Positions 57,629-64,000 of a stretch of DNA of 64,000 nt are shown here, piece after piece (within the stretch, counting starts at the first letter, position 1; each line of letters starts with the position of its first letter). The translations under genes were made by a program, and so were the position numbers. The stretch is taken from positions 1 to 64,000 of the forward strand of contig JBJXGE010000094.1 of the NCBI GenBank assembly GCA_046154185.1. Reading direction: 5' to 3'. This DNA comes from Planctomycetota bacterium (GTDB lineage Bacteria; Planctomycetota; UBA8108; UBA1146; JAJFFE01). The notes under the pieces were generated by a model that was given only the letters and a program-made list of their open reading frames with translations, was not told where the DNA came from and did no database searches.

Positions 57629-58789
57629 ATGAGCCGAGAGATTTCCGAACTCGCCGCGCGTGTCCGTGAGCAAGTCATCGCGTGGCAGCGCGACATCCAC
57701 GCGCATCCGGAGATCGGCTTCGACACCGTGCGCACCGCCGCGCTCGCGGCGGCGCAACTGCGCAAAGTCGGTCTCAAAGTGCGCGAAGGCGTCGGCCGCA
57801 CCGGCGTCGTCGCCGATCTCGACGTGCCGGGCGCGCGGCGCCGCATCGCGTTTCGCGCCGACATGGACGCGCTGCCGATGGACGAGGAGAACGAACTTTC
57901 CTATCGCAGCACGATTCCGGGCCGTGCGCACATGTGCGGTCACGACGCGCACACCGCGATGCTACTCGGCGCGGCGACGGCGCTCGCGAGTTCCGGCGCA
58001 AAGTTGCCAACGTCGGTGCGCTTCATATTTCAACCGAACGAAGAGGCGTTGCCGGGTGGCGCGCCGGCGATGATCGCCGATGGGTGTCTCGACGGCGTCG
58101 ATCGCATTTTCGGCATGCACGTGTGGCCGATCATCGACACGGGCGCGGTCGGGATCGTCGAAGGCCCAGCGCTCGCGCAGCCGGATACCTTTCGCATCGT
58201 GCTCGATGGCACAGGCGGCCACGCCGCCGCGCCGCACGCTTGCGCGGACATCGTGTTGGCCGCCGCGCAAATCGTGACGGCGCTCCAGAGCATCGTCGCG
58301 CGCAATGTCGATCCGATGGAGAGCGCGGTCGTGAGCGTGACCACGCTGCGTTTCGGCACCGCCGACAATATTCTGCCCGCGCACGGCGAGATGCGCGGCA
58401 CGATCCGATCGTTCAAGTCGCCGGTCGGCGAGCTCGCACGCACGCGCCTCTGCGAAATCGCGACCGGTGTCGCGTCGGCGCTGGGCGTGAAAGCAACCGT
58501 CGAAGTCGCGCTCGGCTATCCCGTCACGAACAATGATCCGGAAAGCTGTCGCATCGCGGCGCGCGCGCTCGCCGGCAGTATTCCGCAAACACCGGCGACG
58601 CCAGTTTTGGGCGGCGAAGACTTCGCGTACTACCAGCAGAAGATCCCCGGCGCGTTCTTGTTTCTCGGTACGCGCAATACCGCGAAGGGACTGATTTACT
58701 TCTGCCATCACCCACGTTTTCAAGTCGATGATCCGGCGCTGGAAGTCGGCGTTCGCACCTGGCTCCACATCGCGCTGAGTGGCGGGTAG
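57629..58789 (+). CDS. M20 family amidohydrolase (hippurate hydrolase / N-acyl-amino-acid amidohydrolase-like)
   Basis: HAHPE, MCGHDAH, NEEALPGGA and the other blocks typical of M20D enzymes. Confidence 0.85.
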   Translation: MSREISELAARVREQVIAWQRDIHAHPEIGFDTVRTAALAAAQLRKVGLKVREGVGRTGVVADLDVPGARRRIAFRADMDALPMDEENELSYRSTIPGRAHMCGHDAHTAMLLGAATALASSGAKLPTSVRFIFQPNEEALPGGAPAMIADGCLDGVDRIFGMHVWPIIDTGAVGIVEGPALAQPDTFRIVLDGTGGHAAAPHACADIVLAAAQIVTALQSIVARNVDPMESAVVSVTTLRFGTADNILPAHGEMRGTIRSFKSPVGELARTRLCEIATGVASALGVKATVEVALGYPVTNNDPESCRIAARALAGSIPQTPATPVLGGEDFAYYQQKIPGAFLFLGTRNTAKGLIYFCHHPRFQVDDPALEVGVRTWLHIALSGG

Positions 58790-58799
58790 CGGTGCGCGC

Positions 58800-60011
58800 T
58801 TATTCTCGGAGCGAAGCGTGGGCGACTTGCGCAAGGCGAGCGAGTTCGCTCGGCGTCATGTCGTTCCCCACCGGCAGATAAACGAGTCGAGCCAGCGCTT
58901 GTTCCATATCGGGAGTCTTGTTCTCCGTCGGCGTGACGGGCTGTGTGCGTGACATCACGGCGAGTGTCGCGCGCGTGTGGGCGTCGAAACCGGCGGCGCG
59001 CAAACGTTGGACGAGTGGACCCGGATTCGGCGCCATCACCGGCACAACCCAATGCGAATGATGTTGGAGCGCTGCGCCGAGCAGCTTGATCGACGGCGGC
59101 AATTGTGCCGCGAGCGTGGTAGCGCGCTCGGCGCGCGCCTGCAATCGCCGTGCGTGCGATTGTCGCGATCGGCGATCGAGTAGCCGCAATAGCGCGAGCG
59201 GCGGACGGCGGCGAAGTTGCGCGAGCAAATCCGCGCCGGGGAAACCGCGCACCGTTTTTTGTACGGTGGTATCGAGATCGCGACCCAGCGCCCGCAACAA
59301 GGCGACATATCCTCCGAAGCGGCGCGGACCGGCGATCGCTTGAATCACCGCCGCGCGAGCGAGCTTGCGGACAAACGCAAGGGTCGAGGCGGTTTCGTAC
59401 TCCTGCTCGCGACGGCGCATCGCGGCGAGCACTTGCGGATCTCCGACGATCGCGATGGCGCCGCCGAGCGCAGTCGCGGTCTTGATCGTGCCAAAACTAA
59501 AGAGCGCGAGAGCGGCGGCGGCGTGGCCGGTGAAACCGCGACCGACAAAGGCCTGCGCGCAATCTTCGATCAGCGCGAGGCCATGTCGTTCGGCAAACTC
59601 GACAACCGATGCGAGCGGCGTTTGCCCGCCAAACAGATGCGCGACGAGAATGGCGCGGGTGCGCTCGGTGCGCAATCTGTCGAGCACGCCTGAGTGCGGT
59701 GCGAGTGTCGCAGGATCGAGATCGACCGGCACGACAACCAACCCGTGCGCTTCAATCACTTTCGCCATATCCGGGATGTTGAGCGCGGTGACTAGCACTT
59801 CGCTGCCCGGCGGCCACGCGCGCGCCGCCAGATAGAGATCGAGCGCCGTCCGCACCGAAAGACAAACGAAGGCGCGACCGGTCGTCGACCAGCGGTGCTC
59901 GATGCGGTCGCGCACGCGCGCGTTGTCGTCACCGCGCCAAAGTGCGCCGGTGAATCCGCACGCGAGATCGCGCCAGGAGAGATCGAGTCGCATGCGCGGG
60001 TGTGTCTTCAT
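58800..60011 (-). CDS. PLP-dependent aminotransferase, DegT/DnrJ/EryC1/StrS-like
   Basis: SFGTIK putative Lys-PLP site and a fold-type I layout. The match is diverged, so the specific family is tentative. Confidence 0.55.
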   Translation of the reverse strand: MKTHPRMRLDLSWRDLACGFTGALWRGDDNARVRDRIEHRWSTTGRAFVCLSVRTALDLYLAARAWPPGSEVLVTALNIPDMAKVIEAHGLVVVPVDLDPATLAPHSGVLDRLRTERTRAILVAHLFGGQTPLASVVEFAERHGLALIEDCAQAFVGRGFTGHAAAALALFSFGTIKTATALGGAIAIVGDPQVLAAMRRREQEYETASTLAFVRKLARAAVIQAIAGPRRFGGYVALLRALGRDLDTTVQKTVRGFPGADLLAQLRRRPPLALLRLLDRRSRQSHARRLQARAERATTLAAQLPPSIKLLGAALQHHSHWVVPVMAPNPGPLVQRLRAAGFDAHTRATLAVMSRTQPVTPTENKTPDMEQALARLVYLPVGNDMTPSELARLAQVAHASLRE

Positions 60012-60240
60012 GCGATAACTCCGCCGAGTCGGAAATGGGTTGCGCTGTCAGTTCACTCGGGAGAATAGGTGTCGCGTCGACGCGTCGCAAGCAATGACCG
60101 AATCCGGTGACGACTCGTCGTGCATGCGCGTCCCGCGATTCGTGGGCCGCACCTTGACCTGGCGCGGTCTCGTCCTAACATTGGCGCTGATCTGATCCGG
60201 GCAAAGACTCTCGCGGACAAGCCAATTCAAGGAGAGAGGT

Positions 60241-61149
60241 GTGGAGATGTTCCATCGGTCAAGAAACGCTGGGTGGCGAGCCGTGACTTTGGCGGGCATT
60301 CTCGCGTGCGCGACGCTCGCCGCGCAGACGCCATGCCCGGAAGAGCCGCCGCTCAATAATCACTTGGGACCCGGCACGACCGCGGTCGCGGGATTCGTCG
60401 CCGGCGAGCAAGGCGGCGCCGTGTTTCAGGCGCCAGCCGGCGACTACCCGATTGAGATTCTACGCGTCGGCATCGGCTGGGGTTCGCTTCTTGGTGGCGC
60501 GCCGCAGAGTCTCGAAGAGTCGGTCAACATCTACGACGGCGTGCCGCCGTCACCTGGCGCGCCGATCGCGCAGTTACTCGGTCCCGTCATGACCGACGGC
60601 GCGATCAACGAGTTCAATTTTGCACCGCTACCGGGCGAGGTTGTCATCAGCTCCGGTCCGTTCTTGGTGAGTCTGACTTTCGCCAACGATACGCCGCCGT
60701 TGTTTGGACCGTCGATGGTGCACGACGGCGCCGGTTGCATATTCGGTCGCAATTACGTGTTCAATAGCTTGACTGGAACTTGGCAGGATCTCTGTTCTTT
60801 CGGCGCCGGTGGCAACTGGGTCATCCACGTCGTCTATCGCCCGGTCAATTGCGGACCGCCGCCGGCGGACGAGTTCAAACGCGGCGAATGCAACAACGAC
60901 GGTGGTATCGATATCGCAGATGCGATCTTCACGCTGTCGATCTTGTTCACGCCGGGTTCGGGTCCGGCGGCGTGCGACGACGCGTGCGACTCCAACAATG
61001 ACGGGGCCGTGAACATCGCGGACGCGATCGCGCTCTTGAGTTCGCTCTTTGGCTCGCCGGCGATGCCGTTGCCGGCGCCGTACCCCGGGTGCGGCGAAGA
61101 CACCGGTGCCGACTCGCTCGACTGCGAAGGGTATGCGAATTGTCCGTGA
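60241..61149 (+). CDS. secreted hypothetical protein with a C-terminal dockerin-like calcium-binding module
   Basis: Signal peptide and C-terminal CNNDGGIDIADAIFTLSILF...NNDGAVNIADAIALLSSLF. Confidence 0.55.
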   Translation: MEMFHRSRNAGWRAVTLAGILACATLAAQTPCPEEPPLNNHLGPGTTAVAGFVAGEQGGAVFQAPAGDYPIEILRVGIGWGSLLGGAPQSLEESVNIYDGVPPSPGAPIAQLLGPVMTDGAINEFNFAPLPGEVVISSGPFLVSLTFANDTPPLFGPSMVHDGAGCIFGRNYVFNSLTGTWQDLCSFGAGGNWVIHVVYRPVNCGPPPADEFKRGECNNDGGIDIADAIFTLSILFTPGSGPAACDDACDSNNDGAVNIADAIALLSSLFGSPAMPLPAPYPGCGEDTGADSLDCEGYANCP

Positions 61150-61796
61150 CCACTCGGTCGCTGCTGCGCGAGCTGAGAACACGGCTCGCGCAGCTCCGCG
61201 TTGTCGACACACCGACCTTGCGCACACTGCGCCGCGGCTACTCGACGCGACTCCAACACGCATCGGCCGCTCAAGTCATCGAGCTTGCGCTCGCGCTCGC
61301 CGAAGGCACCGAAGCCGAGTATTTGTTCGTCGCGGCGGAACTCATCAATTCTCACGCCGGCGCACGGGCCGCGCTGCGGCCGCAAGATCTCGCGCCGTTC
61401 TTGAGAGCGCTTTCGAGTTGGGGCGCCGTTGATATGGTCGGTTGCATTCTGACCGGGCCCGCCTGGCGCGAGCATCAACTTCCTGAGTCGCTCCTCGAAA
61501 AATGGACGCGCAGCGCAAATCGCTGGCTGCGGCGGCTCGCGCTCGTGAGCACGGTGCCGCTCAATTCGAAGGCGCGCGGCGGCCGGGGCGATGCGCCGCG
61601 CACTTTGCGTGTCTGCGAAGCGTTACTCGACGATCGCGATGACATGGTCGTGAAAGCGCTGTCGTGGGCGCTGCGCGAACTCGCGAAGCGCGATCCCGCC
61701 GTCGTCAAGAAGTTCCTCGCGCGACATCGTGAGCGGTTGCCGGCGCGCGTGCGACGCGAAACAGAAAAGAAAATAACCACGGGTCGCAAGGTCTGA
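61146..61796 (+). CDS. DNA alkylation repair protein (AlkD-like HEAT-repeat fold)
   Basis: Similar to the DNA_alkylation family (..VSTVPLN..DDRDDMVVKALSWALRELAKRDPAVVKKFL). GTG start overlaps the upstream stop. Confidence 0.65.
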   Translation: MTTRSLLRELRTRLAQLRVVDTPTLRTLRRGYSTRLQHASAAQVIELALALAEGTEAEYLFVAAELINSHAGARAALRPQDLAPFLRALSSWGAVDMVGCILTGPAWREHQLPESLLEKWTRSANRWLRRLALVSTVPLNSKARGGRGDAPRTLRVCEALLDDRDDMVVKALSWALRELAKRDPAVVKKFLARHRERLPARVRRETEKKITTGRKV

Positions 61797-61817
61797 ACGC
61801 TGTGCGCGCGACAGCGA

Positions 61818-62666
61818 TTACTTCGCTGCCAAACGAGACGTCAAGAACTCCCTGATCGCGCGGACGTATTCCTCGGTGTGACTGTACGCCAGATAGTTGT
61901 GGTCAGCGCCCGCCAGCTCGCGCCATTCGACATCGCCGCGCGCGGCGGCGAAGAGGCGGCGACCGGCGGTGATGGGAATGATCTCGTCCTGCGTGCCGTG
62001 TATGAACAGCATCGGCGCCGCGACCGCGGCAATTTTTTTGTCGTTGTCGAAGCGGTCCTTCAGAAGGAGCCCCACCGGCAAGAAGAAGTAGACGCGCTGG
62101 GCGATATTCGCGACCGAATCAAAAGCGCTTTGCAAAATGAGCGCGGCCGGTGGCGCGCGCCGCGCCAACTCGACCGCCACACCACTGCCGAGCGACTCGC
62201 CGAAGTACACGACGCGACCGGTTGTGTTCGCTTTGAGCCACGCGAGCGCCGCCTCGGCATCGCGGTAAAGCCCATCCTCCGTCGGCGTGCCGGGATTTCC
62301 TCCGTAGCCGCGATAGTCGATCAGCAACAGGCCGTAACCCAACGGCCGCAAGATTTCCAGCCAGCCGAGCCGGTGCACGCGACTCCCGGCATTGCCGTGG
62401 AGCAGCAACAGTGTTTCAGGTTTGGCGCCCGGCCAATACCACGCTTTGTGAACGAGTCCGTCGCTGGTCGTGTACTCGATTTCGCGTAGAGTCGGATCCG
62501 CGCTCTGCGGCAGTGCTGACTCGGCGCTCGGCATGTACAGCATGCGACGCTGGAGCAGATACACCGCCACGACGATGATCACGTACCCGATTCCGAGAGT
62601 GCGCAGGGCGAGAAAGCCGAGCTGCCGCAAAGATTTCTTGGGCGGACCCGACGCGGCGGTCGTCAC
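61818..62666 (-). CDS. alpha/beta hydrolase
   Basis: N-terminal TM, GESLG nucleophile elbow, HG oxyanion motif (LLLHGNAG), and downstream Asp/His. Confidence 0.8.
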   Translation of the reverse strand: MTTAASGPPKKSLRQLGFLALRTLGIGYVIIVVAVYLLQRRMLYMPSAESALPQSADPTLREIEYTTSDGLVHKAWYWPGAKPETLLLLHGNAGSRVHRLGWLEILRPLGYGLLLIDYRGYGGNPGTPTEDGLYRDAEAALAWLKANTTGRVVYFGESLGSGVAVELARRAPPAALILQSAFDSVANIAQRVYFFLPVGLLLKDRFDNDKKIAAVAAPMLFIHGTQDEIIPITAGRRLFAAARGDVEWRELAGADHNYLAYSHTEEYVRAIREFLTSRLAAK

Positions 62667-63394
62667 TTTTGCTCCACTGGCGGCGTCGATCCAGCCGGCG
62701 CCGGTTTGCTCTCGATCCTCGCGAGCGTCCGCTCGATCGCGCGCCCGATCTCCGCGACGAGATCTTGGGTCGGCAAGTCCGCGGGAATCTCGACGACGTC
62801 GGCCGCCGTCTTGGCTTCCGCGACGAGCGTCCGCAACTCTTCATCCGTGAGTTTCTCTTTGAACTGCATCTCGTGCGGCGCAGTGCCGGGCACGCGGATC
62901 TTCGCGACGATCAACTCGATTGTCTCGCGCGAGATCGACTCCTTGGCGCAGCCGTGCGCGAAACGCTGGAGCGACTTGGTCGCGGCCGCCTTCTCCTCCG
63001 CGCCGAGCTTCGACGATTCCAAGGCGCCCGCGACGATTCCGGCCGAAACCGCGACGTCGAGATGCGGCTTGATATCGGCAAACAACTCCGTGAGCTGCTC
63101 CAAGTCCAGCCGGTTCGCTTTGTAGTCTTCGGTCAGTCGATTCACATGACCGACTATGGCGTCGCGCTGCTCGGACGAGAGACCCTGTTCGCGCATCTTG
63201 TCGACCATCGCGATCACGACCGCGCGGCCGGCTTCGCCGCTAATGGCTCGAAAGTTCATCCACACGACTACGGCGCCGATGATCCCGAGCAGGACCGCGA
63301 CCATGCAGCCGATGCCGCCGACGATCAGGCAACCATTCATCGTGCTGCGACTTCGCGGCGGGGCGACGGGGTTGGGATTCACTTCGTTTTCCAT
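62663..63394 (-). CDS. membrane-anchored hypothetical protein
   Basis: Start at MENEV, one TM helix, then a helical soluble domain. Its stop overlaps the hydrolase start. Confidence 0.45.
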   Translation of the reverse strand: MENEVNPNPVAPPRSRSTMNGCLIVGGIGCMVAVLLGIIGAVVVWMNFRAISGEAGRAVVIAMVDKMREQGLSSEQRDAIVGHVNRLTEDYKANRLDLEQLTELFADIKPHLDVAVSAGIVAGALESSKLGAEEKAAATKSLQRFAHGCAKESISRETIELIVAKIRVPGTAPHEMQFKEKLTDEELRTLVAEAKTAADVVEIPADLPTQDLVAEIGRAIERTLARIESKPAPAGSTPPVEQK

Positions 63395-63432
63395 GCATTC
63401 CTGTCTAACTGTGTTGCTGTCTATTCGGCGCG

Positions 63433-63978
63433 CTAATCGAACAACGCGGTCACCAAACCGCTTTGCACCTTCGGCACGAACCACGTCGACTTCGGCGGCA
63501 TCATTCTATTCTGGCGGCAAACGGCCGCAAACTGCTCGAGCGTCACCGGCGGCAGCGTCACGGCGAACCCGTATTGGCCGGCGTTGACCTGCTGCTGCAA
63601 GTAGGCGGCATCTCGATTGCCGCCGACGAACGTGAACTTCGGATCGCGCGGGTTGGTGAGCTGGAAAATCGGCGCGAACACACAGCGTTGCACAATGTCG
63701 GCGTCGATATCCTGCGCCGCATTCTTGGGGTCGTAGCTGCTTGGCTTCGGCCGCAGCTTGTACCAAGTCTTCGCGGTGTAGAGTCCGATCTCGTGCGTGC
63801 GCTCGGGTTGGAAACCGTTCGGTTGCGCGCCGAGCTTTTCGACGAGGAAGCTCTCACCGAGTGCGCGCTCGAGCGCCGTGGGTTCAAGCTGCGCCGCCTT
63901 GACGAGACGATTGTAGGGTGCGATGCGCATGGTGCGCATGGGAAAGAACACAGTCAAAAAATCGGCGCGCCCGAGCAT
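63433..63978 (-). CDS. hypothetical protein (may extend beyond the window end)
   Basis: 181-aa ORF with no recognised family. Confidence 0.35.
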   Translation of the reverse strand: MLGRADFLTVFFPMRTMRIAPYNRLVKAAQLEPTALERALGESFLVEKLGAQPNGFQPERTHEIGLYTAKTWYKLRPKPSSYDPKNAAQDIDADIVQRCVFAPIFQLTNPRDPKFTFVGGNRDAAYLQQQVNAGQYGFAVTLPPVTLEQFAAVCRQNRMMPPKSTWFVPKVQSGLVTALFD

Positions 63979-64000
63979 GGCGGCGGCCGCGCTGCGGTGA

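Overview
This is a high-GC (about 65–68%) bacterial chromosomal segment with very dense coding on both strands. The gene content looks Planctomycetota-like: many secreted proteins with FG-GAP or beta-propeller repeats, dockerin-like calcium-binding motifs, carboxypeptidase-regulatory-like repeat giants, DUF1570 and an ice-binding-like lipoprotein. That is an inference from domain content, not a lineage call. Most genes are housekeeping or envelope functions: an M42 peptidase, RsmD, RluD, three ABC transporter loci, MBOAT with a DltD-like partner, PPK2, tpx, blaI/blaR1, sialate O-acetylesterase, an M20 amidohydrolase, and an ECF sigma/anti-sigma pair. I see no rRNA, intact tRNA or CRISPR array. 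Three things stand out. (1) A 175-bp palindromic MITE-like repeat is present twice (1650-1824 and 11251-11425, about 94% identical, inverted relative to each other). It has 'GGTCCGCGCAAAAA' terminal inverted repeats and a CTTTG flanking duplication, and each copy sits directly against the 5' end of a minus-strand gene. (2) A stand-alone TIR-domain protein (16477-17262) with an unrecognised roughly 110-aa C-terminal domain lies between two ABC transporter operons. It is preceded by short repeated motifs and a perfect hairpin that recurs 29 kb away. (3) A zeta-toxin/COG4185-like P-loop ATPase gene is interrupted by an in-frame TAG. It sits at the edge of a lower-GC island of roughly 25.7-28.5 kb carrying a lipoprotein, a TPR-DUF1570 (HExxH) protein and an unknown 236-aa protein. 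Several smaller oddities are listed in the findings. Gene starts are approximate throughout. The ORF track allows alternative start codons, and upstream extensions are frequent at this GC content.
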